Assembly: GCF_006345805.1 (NCBI RefSeq)
Contig: NC_043020.1
Span: 15,748,001 to 15,812,000 of the forward strand
Source of the DNA: Octopus sinensis
Taxonomy: Eukaryota
Direction of reading: 5' to 3'
DNA: 64,000 nucleotides
Shown here in pieces: positions 36,994-50,879 of this stretch (the first letter of the stretch is position 1; every line of letters starts with the position of its first letter). Under the pieces are notes generated by a model. It worked only from the letters and a program-made list of their open reading frames with translations. It had not been told where the DNA came from and did not search any database. Both the position numbers and the translations under genes were made by a program.

Positions 36994-37114
36994 TACTATA
37001 CTATGGCAATCCCTCAAGGTCGAGGATGATGGTCTTCGCGCAAATTTATTGGTGAGTCCGCAGGTGACTGATAAGACCAATTCTTGCTTGAAAAGATCGG
37101 TCACAGTGCGGACA
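36994..37114 (-). mobile_element. 121-bp 3' tip of an RTE-type LINE with a C2H2 finger, inserted in a SINE A
   Basis: Minus strand CPHCDRSFQARIGLISHLRTHQ* then a short 3'UTR and tagta tail. TSD tctagtgctac at 36983-93 and 37115-25. Confidence 0.85.
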
Positions 37115-37179
37115 TCTAGTGCTACAGCCTCAGGCTAACCAAAGCCTTGTAATTTGGTAGACAGAAACAGAAAGAAGCT

Positions 37180-37184
<5 letters not shown>

Positions 37185-37222
<38 letters not shown>

Positions 37223-38142
37223 AGTGTGTGTCTTTGCGTTTGACCCCCACCGCTGCTTGACAACTGGTGTTTGTAGTTCAGCAACAGAGACCAACAGAAT
37301 AAGTGCCAAGCTTTACAAAAATGTAAGTCCTGAGGTAGATTCATTCAACCAAAAATTCTTCAAGGCGGTGCTGAAGCATGGTTACAGTCTAATAACTGAA
37401 ACAAGTAAAAGATATACTCTTTATTCATACCCTTTCACTTGTTTCAGTCATTTGACTGTGGCCATGCTGAAGCACCGCCTTTAGTCGCGCAAATCGACCC
37501 AAGGACTTATTCTTTGTAAACCTAGTACTTATTCAATCGGTTTCTTTTGCCGAACCACTAAGTTACGGGGACGTAAACACACCAGCATTGGTTGTCAAGA
37601 GATGTTGTGGGGACAAACACACACACACATACACACACACACACATATATATATATACACACACATATATACAACAGGCTTCTTTAAGTTTCCATCTACC
37701 AAATCCACTCACAAGGCTTTGGTCGGCCCGAGGCTATAGCAGAAGACACTTGCCCAAAGTGCCATGCAGTGGGAATGAACCTGGAACCACATGGTTGGTA
37801 AGCAAGCTACTTACCATACAGCCACTCCTGCGTATTGTACCTCTTCACCTTCCTTTAACTTTACCTTCTTTATTTAGTTGTTTATCTATCATTTTATTGC
37901 TTAATGGGCAAACCATTTGAAAAAATATGCATTATTCAGGTAACCTTCAAATTGTCTTTATAATCTATTCTAGAACAATCCAAAGAATTGTCATGTTAAC
38001 CAGTGTATATGAATGCAATCCTCATAATTTGAAACCAGTTTAATAAGTAGCAATGTATGAAATGCTAGGTCCTTGAGTTACTTTGTAACTTTTGCCAATT
38101 AAATCTTAAGAAAAATAATATATATATATACATATGTGTGTT

Positions 38143-38188
<46 letters not shown>

Positions 38189-38593
38189 AGTGTGTGTCTT
38201 TGCGTTTGACCCCCACCGCTGCTTGACAACTGGTGTTTGTAGTTCAGCAACAGAGACCAACAGAATAAGTGCCAAGCTTTACAAAAATGTAAGTCCTGAG
38301 GTAGATTCATTCAACCAAAAATTCTTCAAGGCGGTGCTGAAGCATGGTTACAGTCTAATAACTGAAACAAGTAAAAGATATACTCTTTATTCATACCCTT
38401 TCACTTGTTTCAGTCATTTGACTGTGGCCATGCTGAAGCACCGCCTTTAGTCGCGCAAATCGACCCAAGGACTTATTCTTTGTAAACCTAGTACTTATTC
38501 AATCGGTTTCTTTTGCCGAACCACTAAGTTACGGGGACGTAAACACACCAGCATTGGTTGTCAAGAGATTTGTGGGGACAAACACACACACAT

Positions 38594-38624
<31 letters not shown>

Positions 38625-39107
38625 CACACACATATATACAACAGGCTTCTTTAAGTTCCATCTACCAAATCCACTCACAAGGCTTTGGTCGGCCCGAGGC
38701 TATAGCAGAAGACACTTGCCCAAAGTGCCATGCAGTGGGAATGAACCTGGAACCACATGGTTGGTAAGCAAGCTACTTACCATACAGCCACTCCTGCGTA
38801 TTGTACCTCTTCACCTTCCTTTAACTTTACCTTCTTTATTTAGTTGTTTATCTATCATTTTATTGCTTAATGGGCAAACATTTGAAAAAATATGCATTAT
38901 TCAGGTAACCTTCAAATTGTCTTTATAATCTATTCTAGAACAATCCAAAGAATTGTCATGTTAACCAGTGTATATGAATGCAATCCTCATAATTTGAAAC
39001 CAGTTTAATAAGTAGCAATGTATGAAATGCTAGGTCCTTGAGTTACTTTGTAACTTTTGCCAATTAAATCTTAAGAAAAATAATATATATATATACATAT
39101 GTGTGTT

Positions 39108-39145
<38 letters not shown>
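37185..39145. repeat. Near-identical tandem duplication, period about 966 bp
   Basis: ORF pairs 37224/38190 and 37588/38554 are offset by 966. Junctions lie in (TA)n, and differences are mainly 1-bp indels. Confidence 0.95.
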
Positions 39146-39155
<10 letters not shown>

Positions 39156-39273
39156 TAAGGGTAGAAATTGATATTTATCAATTAAGACCAGTGGTCTAGC
39201 ATATTAAAAAAGAATCCGAAAAATAAATAAATATAAATATAAATATAAATATATAAATATAAATATAAATATA

Positions 39274-39309
<36 letters not shown>

Positions 39310-39378
39310 CATACTCATGTTCTGAGTTTTATTTTCCTGTTTTCCTCTGTGGAATTACTTAGAATTTTTTTATGTATT

Positions 39379-39412
<34 letters not shown>

Positions 39413-41062
39413 GTAGTAGTAGTAGTATTTATATAATCATATGCAAACATTTTCATAATGCCCCACATTTGCGTATGTTCACGGGTCCAAAATAATATAT
39501 CATAAATATAACATTACTGATATCTGCTTGAAACCGAATAATACAAATATTTACAAAAATCATAGTCCACAAACTTTACTTCCCCAAAGCACAAAGGTCA
39601 AATTTCTAAATAGTAATCAAACAACATCAAGAACAATTAACTCCTAGTGGGAAAATCTGCTCCCCAACTCACCATTCCATCTACCTACGTTGTTTTGTGA
39701 ACCTTAAAGTATAAGATAAGCAAATTTATATACAAACAACACCATGAAGTTGACACACCTAAATAAACACACCTAATCACGGAGTCTTTTACACCAGACT
39801 GAATTCTGAACAAAAGCATCTACTTTCATAAGATAAACAGGTCAAATCTCCTGAATAACTATTTCTTTATTACCCACAAGGGGCTAAACACAGAGGGGAC
39901 AAACAAGGACAGACATAGGTATTAAGTCGATTACATCGACCCCAGTGTGTAACTGGTACTTAATTTATCGACCCCGAAAGGATGAAAGGCAAAGTCGATC
40001 TCGGCGGAATTTGAACTCACAACGTAACGCAGACGAAATACCACTAAGCATTTCGCCTGGCATGCTAACGTTTCTGCCAGCTCGCCGCCTAACACCAACA
40101 ACAAGTAAAGAAATCTGCTGACCAACAAACTTTTCTACCTACTTAAAGATTCTTTTTCGAATCTTAAAAAAACCCATGGCCTAATAGCTGGCACACCTAA
40201 ATAAACACACCTAATTACAAAGTTTTACATGCTGGATGGTACACTGAACTATAAACTTCACGTGCTCCCAAAACAAGGAGGACAAACCTCCCAGTGATGT
40301 CTTTCCAACCACATGGTTTCAAGTTCAGTCCTACTGTGCAGCACCTTGGGTAAGGGTCTCCTATAATAGCCCCAATTCCACCAAAGTCTTGTGAGTCATT
40401 TTGGTAAGTAGAAACTGAACGAAGCCCTTCATATGTATGTGTGTGAGAGTCCATCTTTGTGTTTGTCCCCGCCACCATTTCACAACTAGTATTGGTTTAT
40501 GTCTCTGTAACTTAGTAGCTCAGCTAAAAGTCATTGATAGAAGTAACACCAGACTAAAATACTTTAAGGTAGTACCCCAGCATGGCCACAAACCAACAAA
40601 TGAAAAATGTAAAAGACAAAGAATAGTTAAACTTAGTTACACATCTGTTGACCAACTAACCATTTCACTTGCCTCTATAATTTTGTGAACTCCTAAAAAA
40701 TTGCAACACCTCAAGCTAGCACACCTAAATAAACATGATTACAAGGTTCTATATTGTTCAGAATACAGTCATGTATATGACTGTATTTTGAACAATAACA
40801 TAACTCCAAATTTAATCAATAAAAACCTTCCATCATATCTTTCCATTACAATCTGCCATACAACCTAATTATTATTCAACAGAGCTTGACCTAAACCAGA
40901 AAATTTAAACTTAACAGAGACTATATAAAGACAAGAGGTACTCAGTTGTGGCACTGTCTAAGGAGGACTAAGCAGGCCGAAACTTCAAAATCACTGTCAA
41001 CACTATTCTTGTTAAAGAGTAATTTATATATATATATACACACACACATATATATGCTCATA

Positions 41063-41500
41063 GATCAGAGCTGACCTGGAACTACTCAACAACCAACATA
41101 CCTATAGAGTTAAATTAGTGAGTGCTAAGTCATTAATAGCAACTGCTATTTAAATCAGATAGAAACTAGCTAAAAGCACTGAAATATTTGATGCAATGAC
41201 CACAGCTGGAGAGCATTTGATGCTAGAACTGTCTGACCTGAGTTAGTGTGGTGTTACACCACAACTACAACAACCACCAACATATTTATAGAGTGAAATT
41301 AGTGCTAACTTACTCATAGCAATTGCTATGTAAATCAAATACAAACTAGCTGAAATGGTTGAGACATGATGCAATGACTACAGCTAGAATGCATTTGATG
41401 TTAGATCTGTTTGATCAAAGTCAACCTGGAACTCTGCAACAACTACAACAACAACTATCATATTTATATAATGAATTTAATGCTAATTTATTTAATATGA
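41063..41500. repeat. Old, diverged tandem array, period about 185 bp (about 2.4 units)
   Basis: caacaacc..tatagagt.aaattagtg..gcaa.tgctat.taaatca.ata.aaactagct..gatgcaatgac.acagct.ga..gcatttgatg.taga recurs. Confidence 0.75.
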
Positions 41501-42400
41501 TAAATGCAGTAATTTTCATTAATTGACACTATCTCCATAACAAGGTGTGGCTAACTCTGATAAACAATATTTAAACACAACCAAGACAAAGGTAAGGGAA
41601 ACAACTAAAAACAATCCTTTCTTATTTCTTTATTGCCCATAAGGGGCTAAACATAGAGGGGACAGACAAAGGGATTAGGTCGATTACATCGACCTCAGTG
41701 CGTAACTGGTACTTAATTTATCGACCCTGAAAGGATGAAAAGCAAAGTTGACCGTGGCAGAATTTGAACTCAGAACATAACTGCAGACGAAATACCGCTA
41801 AGCATTTTGCCCGGTGTGCTAATGATTCTGCCAGCTTGCCACCTTCAAAACAATTCTTTCTACTATAGACACGAGGCCTAATATTTTGGAGTGAGGATGG
41901 CTGGTTGATTACATCAACTCCACATCCCAACTGATTATTACTTCATGGACCCTGAAAGAATGAAAGGCAAAACTGACCTCAGTGAAATTTAAACTCAGAA
42001 CACTCATGCATCTTGCGGCTCACCTGCGACGGACCAGCGTCCCATCCAGGTGGGGAACCTATACGCCAAGGAAACCAGGAAACCAGCCCTTATGAGCCAG
42101 GCATGGCCTGAGAAGGAACAAACAACAACTATTGGCACAAAGCCTGAAATTTGATAATAATAATAATTCTTTCTGTTATAAGCCCAAGGGCTGAAATTTT
42201 GGTGTGAGGGAGCTGGTCCAATTACATTGACACCAGTGCTTAACTGCTACTTATTTCTTTGACCCTGACGGGATGAAAGTCAAATTCAACCTCCTTAGAA
42301 TTTGAACAGATAATGTAAAGACAGAAGAAACACCATAAAGCATTTCGTCTGGCATGCGGATGATTCAGCCAGCTTGTTGCTTTAGAACTTTTAAAAAATG

Positions 42401-42433
<33 letters not shown>

Positions 42434-42709
42434 GAAGAAAATCATTGTTTTTATTCTTTGAAATGAATTAATGCACCAAAGACTAATTAAAATTGAAAAC
42501 AATTAATGTAGTAAGGTGGGAGATAGATAGTTTGATTTTTAGTACAAACTGGTTGATTAGGACAGTCTAAGATACTTGTCTCAATTACAGACTGTGGAGA
42601 CAGATCACGATGTGATGGTGCAATATTGTCTTGGCTATTTTTTCTCAGTTGTTTGTATTAAGAAATTTATTTTAGATTTAACGAAATTTACTTAATGAGT
42701 GTGATGGAG

Positions 42710-42761
<52 letters not shown>

Positions 42762-43157
42762 TGCATAATTCTATGCTAATTATTTTTGAACATGGATCAT
42801 GCATAATTAACCAATTAATTACTGCATATTAAGTTGATTTCAAATATTTTTTGTATGATAGAGTTTTCTGTACTTGGAGCGATGACTAATTAAATTAAAC
42901 ATTGGAAACTGATAGGTCAGGCATGGCTGTGTGGTAAGAAACTTGCTTCCCAACCACATCCTTCTGGGTTCAGTCCAATTGTGAGGCATCTTGGGCAAGT
43001 GTCATCTACTACAGAGATGAGCCAGCCAAAGCCTTGTTGGGAGTGGATTTGGAAGATGAGAACCAAAAGAAGACCATGTATATATACATCTATATCTATC
43101 TATCTATCTATCTATATATATATATATAAATATCTATCTATCTATTCACACACACAC

Positions 43158-43288
43158 CTTTTATTAAAGCTGCAAAATTATCACAGAACTGTTACTCAGA
43201 GTTTCACATTCATCAAAACTGTCTAACAAATGGGAACATGAAACTCTGAGTAACAATTCTGTGACAATTTTGCAACTTTAATAAAAAG
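43158..43288. repeat. ~49-bp inverted repeat whose right arm overlaps a decayed type-I HHR (43218-43257, +)
   Basis: cttttattaaagctgcaaaattatcacagaactgttactcagagtttca / tgaaactctgagtaacaattctgtgacaattttgcaactttaataaaaag. HHR: actgt-CTAACAA-atg-ggaa-cat-GAA-ACTCTGAGT-A-acaat. Confidence 0.8.
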
Positions 43289-43479
43289 TATATCACTCTA
43301 TTTTTGGTATTCAAGTAATTTTTTTTCACTTTGTTTTGCACTTATATGCACACCTGTGTGTATTTCTGTAACACACTTACACACTTTCACATACACAAAC
43401 GCACGTGCACCTTCGTTTTGGGATCACCAGTACTTTATTATCTCTCTCTTCCTAGCTCTTCTGTCAAACTACCTTTTTC

Positions 43480-43670
43480 TAACAAGTCCCCATGATTGAT
43501 CGCTAAATCCACAAGTTATTTTTATTCTCTCTCTCTGTTTATTTCCTTGTGTTCCTTTCTGTTTAAGAGCGTAGGCTTGAAACAAAAGACTTTTTCACTT
43601 TCCTAATACACCTAATACACCTGCTTGTTGTTTATATATCTGTCATGTCTTTTGTTTTTCTGTAAATTTC
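43480..43670 (+). mobile_element. HHR-a family element (degenerate core)
   Basis: cctttCTGTTTAa-gagc-gtag-gctt-GAAAc-aaaagac. Confidence 0.7.
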
Positions 43671-44072
43671 AACTACATCATCATCATTTAACGTCCGTTT
43701 TCCATGCTAGCATGGATTGGATGATTTGAGAGAGGACTTGCAAACCAGATGGCTGCACCAGGCTCTAATCTCATCTGGCAGAGTTTCTACAGCTGGATGC
43801 CCTTCCCAATGCCAAACACTCCGAGAGTGTAGTGGGTGCTTTTACGTGTCACCGGCATGAGGGCCAGTCAGGCGGTACTGGCAACGACCATGCTCAAATG
43901 GTGCTTTTTACATGCCACCTGTACAGGAGCCAGTCCAGCAGCACTGGCAACGACCTCGCTTGAATGTTTTTTCACGTGCCAGTAAGGTAACACTGGTAAC
44001 AATCATGCTTGAATGATGCTTTATATGTGCCACTGGCATGGAAGCCAGTTTGTTGCTCTGGCAACGATCATG

Positions 44073-44103
<31 letters not shown>

Positions 44104-45266
44104 TGATATCTATGTGTTTTTGTGTTTGTGATTGTACCCTACTGCAACTTGACAATTGGTGTTGGTTTGTTATGCCCCCCTGTAATTTAGTGATTTCTTA
44201 TAAGAGACTGGTGGAATAAGCAACAGGCTCAAAAAGAAAAACAAAGAAAAGAATAATAAGTACTGGGATCGAATTATTCAACTAAAACCCTTCCAACAAC
44301 TGAAACAAGATAAAGATAAGAGATAAAGCAGGAAATGGACTGGGATTAAATGACATCACCTTCAGTCCCACTGCATAGACTGGGGGTGATCAAAGCCTTG
44401 TGAGTGGATTTGGTAGACAGAAATTCAGAGAAGCCCATCATGTGTGTGTGTGTGTGTATGAGAGTGTGTGTGTGAGAGAGAGAGAGAGAGTGTGTGTTTG
44501 TGTTTTTCTCTCACCACTGTTTGACAAATGGTGTTGGTTTGTTTATGTCCCCTGTAACTTAGCGGTTCATCAAAAGAGATAGACTGAATAACTATCAGGC
44601 TTTAAAAAATTAAAAAAGTACTGGTGGGGTGGAGGTGGGGGGGGGTGAATTTATTCAACTAAAATTTGTTCAAGGTGGTGCTCCAGCATGGCCACAATCT
44701 TATGACTGAAACAAGTAAAAGATAAAAGATATATATACATATAAAATCTCAGTTTATATTATTGAATTATTCATTCCTGCATAAATCCAAACAAACTACA
44801 AGATTAACTCAAGTAGGAAACATTCTGCTGGTGGTGGGGACAGAACAAGACATTAACCACTAAGTTGTTGAAGGCTGAACTGATGCTGCAGAAAGGTTAT
44901 CTCCCTTGCTAGGATGACCACCTTGTTCATCCATCCAACACTGTTCACATGAAAATGTTTTACTGGTCTTTTGACATTTTCAACTTAAGACTGACAGAGA
45001 GACGAAACGAAAGTGATATTTTAAAGTCAACAAGGATGAGAGAGCATTGACCCACGATGGTATTTTACAATGATATATATTTACCCTTTTGTCAACAGAA
45101 TATCATTCCAGCCAGCCTTACCATTCTTTATATCTCCATCTATTGTTATTATTTTGAATGCTTTCTTATTGTTTTGTTTCGTTACAACTTTGTTTATTGA
45201 TATTATAAAACATAATTGTTTCAATACTATTACTGAAAGACAAGCAAAACATATGTGGATGTGTGG

Positions 45267-45331
<65 letters not shown>

Positions 45332-45354
45332 TATATATATATATCATAAAGACC

Positions 45355-45660
45355 CTCCTTTAGTTATGAACGACCATGGGATTGCAACTAGAAAGTCTCC
45401 CTCCTAGGCACAAGTCTGGGTAAGGTCCTTTGCAGTCACCCATGCATACAAGTTTCCCTCTCCATGCCACCCATGTTATCCAAAGGAAAGGCCAATACAA
45501 ATTGGCACCAGTGACATTTCTACAGCTGAGTGAACTCTGCAGCAACATGAAATAAAGTGTCTTGTTCAAGAACACAAGACACAGCCCGGTCCAGGAATTG
45601 AACTCACAATCTCGTGGTTGTAAGCCCAACACTCTAACCAATGAGCCATGAACCTTTAGT
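45355..45660 (-). mobile_element. SINE D
   Basis: Reverse complement of the family D body and head (catggctcattggttagagtg..gagttcaattcc). Confidence 0.8.
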
Positions 45661-47499
45661 CACTACTATATATATATATATATATCATCATCATCATCTA
45701 ACGTCTGCTTTCCATGCTAGCATGGGTTGGACGATTTTGACTGAGGGCTGGCAAACCAGATGGTTGCACCAGTCTCAAATCTTGATTTGGCAGAGTTTCT
45801 ACAGCTGGATGCCCTTCCTAACGCCAACCACTCCGAGAGTGTAGTGGGTGCTTTTTACGTGCTACTGGCACGGGGGCCAGTCAGGCGGTACTGGCAGCGA
45901 CCTCGCTCGAATCCTTTTACACATGCCACCAGCACAGGTGCCAGTAAGGCAACGTTGGTAATGATCACGCTCGAATGGTGCCCTTTTATGTGCCACTGGC
46001 ATGGAAGCCAGTTGGCTGCTCTGGCATATATGCATATATATATTGTTGTGTTTTGGGAAGGGTGTTATGCCAATATTAATTATAACACATGCACTTGTTC
46101 AATATCACTTGCATATTGTTAGTCAGTTGGTTACATATCTAACTAATTGATAATTTATTTAATGTACTGATTAAACAACCAATTAGTTGTTTGTTTGCTG
46201 AAGTCCTTTCATCAGTATTTGTGGCCTCATCAATGGCATGCTCTCTCTCTCTCTCTCTCTCTCTTCAAAAAAGTCTACCTTGATATATTTAACCAATTGA
46301 CTAACAATAAAGAAGTGATTATCATTACATGGTGTAATGACCCACCCAAGATAACAAGACTTTTTTGAACACACAGATTTACATAAAAAATCTGAGAAAC
46401 CAAATACAAAAACAGAGAGTGTGTGTGGTGGGGTATAGCTAGGCACAGGAGTTGCTGAGTGGTAAGTAGCTTGCTTACCAACCACATGGTTCCAGGTTCA
46501 GTCCCACTGTGTGGCACCTTGGGCAAGTGTCTTCTACTTTATTGATAAGTGAGCTCACCAATTACACTGATTTACCCACCAATTTCTTTCCATGAGATTT
46601 AGGAACTACAATTTCATATTATGGTGTAAACATACATACATAAGCATATTCTATGTTAAATTAAGAAATGATGACAAGGAAAAATTTTGTAAATAATAAT
46701 TTTAAGCTTATAAGCGTTTGCCGTGTATTGGCTATAGAAAATGGTCTAATATACAGGAATATAAGACCTCAATGGAAAAAAGGGGTACTGTTAAGGGTGA
46801 GGGTATTTGTATCCCGATTGTAAGATCATGACTTTGGCTGCATGTTGTGTCCCTGGGCAAGACGTTTTATTTCATGTTACCCTAGTTCACTCAACAGGCA
46901 AAAAAGAGTTGTACCCATAATCCAAAGGGCCAGCCTTGTCACATTCTGTGTCCCATTTAATTTCCTTGAGAACTACATTTAGAATTTGCATGGCTAGCTA
47001 TAGGGAAACATTAACCATACTTAGAAACAGATGAGGGTAAGTATATCTGCCTATAGAAAATCTACCACAACAAAATTCTGTCCAACCTGTGCAAGCATGG
47101 AAAAACGAACGTAAGAACAATGATGATGAAGTGTGTGTGTGTGTGTGTGTGTGTGTATGAATGTGTGTGTGTGTGTGTGTATGAATGTGTGTGTGTGTGT
47201 GTAGGAATGTGTGTGTGTGTATGAATGTGTGTGTGTGTTGTGCATCTTAATCATATATTAAATCAATAAAAACTAGAATATTTTACAAAGAATAATCAAT
47301 CTGTGAATCGGTTACCATTCAAATTTGATATCATGAAATATATTTACATATTAATGTTACTAAATAAATACGATCACTGACTATAACGACACACACACAC
47401 ACACACATATGCACATAGTCAAATATACATACACAATGAATGAATTACTGGGTAGACAATTAAACAGACAACACACACACAGAACTGTAAAATCCATAA

Positions 47500-47533
<34 letters not shown>

Positions 47534-48008
47534 TTATAAACACAGTAACAAACACACTAACAAACACACACATGCAAACACGCTTACTTACAAACACACA
47601 TACTCATTCACAAACACACATATACCCATACACCTGTAAAACAACACAACCACATACACAAACACACACACAGCTGTGAAGTATATAGCCACACATACAC
47701 ACATGCTTATTCATAAACCTACACACATACAACATACATTGATCACAATGTGCTCGACATAAAGATGTCTGTCTGTTCGTCTAAGCATAAACAAACAAGC
47801 TGTATAATTTGTGTGTAATGTGTTTGCAAGACATGAAACACCTCAATGAGGCTCCTGAGAGTATCAGCTAGAATTAAGATGGACTTTCTATGATTGCACA
47901 TTAACTCGGAAATTACTTAACCAAAGCCACATTGTTCAAACCAGCTCTTTCTAAAGAAACAATTACATGACCATCCAAACTGGTAGAAGTAGCAGTCAAA
48001 TCTCACTC

Positions 48009-48945
48009 TTAACCCTTCAGCATTCAAATTTCTCTGTCAAAAGTAATGCTTATTTATCCATACTTATTGAATTAGTCATGTATTACTTTGTAGCTTTGAG
48101 ATTTCAATGATGTGATTACTCTCTTTTACTTGTTTCAGTCATTTGACTGCGGCCATGCTGGAGCACCGCCTTTAATCGAGCAACTCGACCCCGGGACTTA
48201 TTCTTTTCTAAGCCTAGTACTCATTCTATCGGTCTCTTTTGCCGAACCGCTAAGTAACGGGGACATAAACACACCAGCATCGGTTGTCAAGCAATGCTAG
48301 GGGGACAAACACAGACACACAAACACACACACGCATATATATATATATATATATACATATATACGACGGGCTTCTTTCAGTTTCCGTCTACCAAATCCAC
48401 TCACAAGGCTTTGGTCGGCCCGAGGCAATAGTAGAAGACACTTGCCCAAGGTGCCACGCAGTGGGACTGAACCCGGAACCATGTGGTTGGCAAACATGCT
48501 ACTTACCACACAGCCACTCCTGCGCCTGATTGTTTATATTTACATAAATATTTATATATAGAATATAGGCTCATGAGCCCAGTTTCCCAGTTTCTATGGC
48601 ACATGAGTTCCCCCCAGCTGGACGGGACACCGGTCAATTGCAGCATTACTGAATCAGGAAGAGAGAGTGAGAGAAAGTTGTGGTGAAAATGTACAACAGG
48701 GGTCGCCACCACCCTCTGCCGGAGCCTCGTGGAGCTTTTAGGTGTTTTCGCTCAATAGACACACACAACGCCCGGTCTGGGAATCGAGACCACGAGTCCA
48801 CTGCCCTAACCATTGGGCCATTGCGCCTCCACACATATAGAATAATATTGTAGGATAAGTGTAAGAAACTGGATCTGGCCAGTTTGAAGATAAAGCTGGT
48901 AGATTATTTTGGACAGATATGACCAGTTTAAATGCTAAAGGGTAA
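48009..48945 (+). mobile_element. piggyBac-type MITE split by SINE A (48117-48530) and SINE C (48560-48835); a second copy lies at 49037-49268
   Basis: 5' half ttaacccttcagcattc at 48009, 3' half ending aatgctaaaggg at about 48942. Confidence 0.75.
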
Positions 48946-49364
48946 AATCATTTTTACATACTGCATGATACGCATGGCCGAGATACAAATTGTTGATTCA
49001 GTTATCAACAGTAAAAAGACAGAAGGAGGTTATTCCTAACCATTTAGTATTCAGATTTCTCTGACAAATGCAATGTTTATTTATTCACACCATTTTGAAT
49101 AAAAATTAGTCATTCATTATCTTGTAGCTTTGAGATTTCAGTGATATGATTGGTTAGTTTTAGAACAATGTTGCAGGGTGAGTGTGAGAAACCAGATCTG
49201 GCTGGTTTGAAGATAAACGAGGTTGATTATTTTGGCCAGATATTGCCAGCTTAAATGCTAAAGGGTTATTAAAATGGGTAGAACACAATGGATGTGTTCT
49301 GAGGTATACGTAATGACAAGATGGCTGAAGTTAGAATACTTGCTCAATTGAAACTTGTCCGGGA

Positions 49365-50745
49365 CTCTCTTACTCTTTTACATGTTTCAGTCATTTGACT
49401 GCGGCCATGCTGGAGCACCACCTTTAATCGAGCAACTCGACCTCAGGACTTATTCTTTTATAAGCCCAGTACTTATTCTATTGGTCTCCTTTGCCGAACC
49501 GCTAAGTAACGGGGACATAAACACACCAGCATCGGTTGTCAAGCAATGCTAGGGGGTACAAACACAGACACACAAACATCCACATATATATATATATACA
49601 TATATACGACGGGCTTCTTTCAGTTTCCGTCTACCAAATCCACTCACAAGGCTTTGGTCAGCCCGAGGCTATAGTAGAAGACACTTGCCCAAGGTACCAC
49701 GCAGTGGGACTGAACCCGGAACCATGTGGTTGGTAAACAAGCTACTTACCACACAACAACTCCTGCGCCTATTTATCTTTTAACTTTTACTTGTTTCTGT
49801 TATTGGACTCTGGCCATGTTAGAGCAGATCTTTGAAAGGTGAAGTCAAACTAATCAACCCCAGTTATTTTTAAGCCAGGTACTCATTCTATCAATCACTT
49901 TTTTGCCAAATTCTTAGGTTACAAGAATGTAATCAAAGCAACACCAGTTGTCAAGTGGTGGTGGAGGACAAACGCAAAGCTACACACACACATGATAGGC
50001 TTCTTTCAGTTTCCTTTTACCAAATCCACTCCTAAGACTTTGGTCAGTCTGGAGCTATAGTAGAAGACATTTGCCAAAGGTGCTATGCAATAAGACTGAA
50101 CTAGAAAGTATGCGGATGGAAGGCAAACTTCTTACCATACAGCCTTGCTTGTGCCTATGGGTAAAGTTGACCATGGCAGGATTTGAACTCAGATCATGGT
50201 GAGTGAAAAAAGTTTCGAGCAGTATTCTAACAAATGTTCCAAAAACACTGCCAATAATAAATTTTTAAACAAAAATCTTTAATAAATTAAAATAATAATC
50301 AATAAAAAAATTTCTCATTGTATATTTTCGATAAATATATTCTTTTATTCTTTTACTTGTTTCAGTCATTTGACTGCAGCCATGCTGGAGCACTGCCTTG
50401 AAAGTTTTTGTTAAGCAATTCAACCCCAGGGCTTATTTTTAAGCCTCGTACTTATTCTGTCTCTTTTGCCAAACTGCTAAGTTACAGGAATGTAAACTCA
50501 CCAACACCAGTTGTCAAGTGGTGGTGGTGGTGGGACAAACAGAGAGACACACACACACAGATATATACATATATATACAATGGGCTTCTTTCAGTTTATG
50601 TCTACTAAATCCACTCATAAGGCTTTGGTTGACCTGAAGCTATAGTAGAAGATACTTGCCCAAGGCGACACACAGTGGGACTGAACCAAGAACCATGAAG
50701 TTAAGAAGCAAGCTTCATTCCACACAGCCATGCCTATGCCTATAA
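49365..50745 (-). mobile_element. Three consecutive same-orientation SINE A copies
   Basis: Tails at about 49365, 49780 and 50340; heads at about 49770, 50155 and 50740. Confidence 0.85.
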
Positions 50746-50879
50746 CCCTATAACTATAACTGTTTAACTATCAATTAATTGAAGACATAACATTACCTGA
50801 TATCAATAGTGACAAAAATATGTAATTGTAAATTACCTGTTCAGCTTGTTAATGATTTTACCAGCTTGCCGCCTTAACA

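Noticed and set aside
44850-44990. Minus-strand exon after the strong acceptor cgtctctctgtcag
   Set aside because: All three frames from that AG hit stops, and the donor is weak.
45123-45233. 111-nt minus-strand candidate exon (gtctttcag| ... G|gtaagg)
   Set aside because: Good splice signals, but extremely A-rich with implausible codon use and phase-incompatible with the proposed chain. Unresolved rather than disproved.
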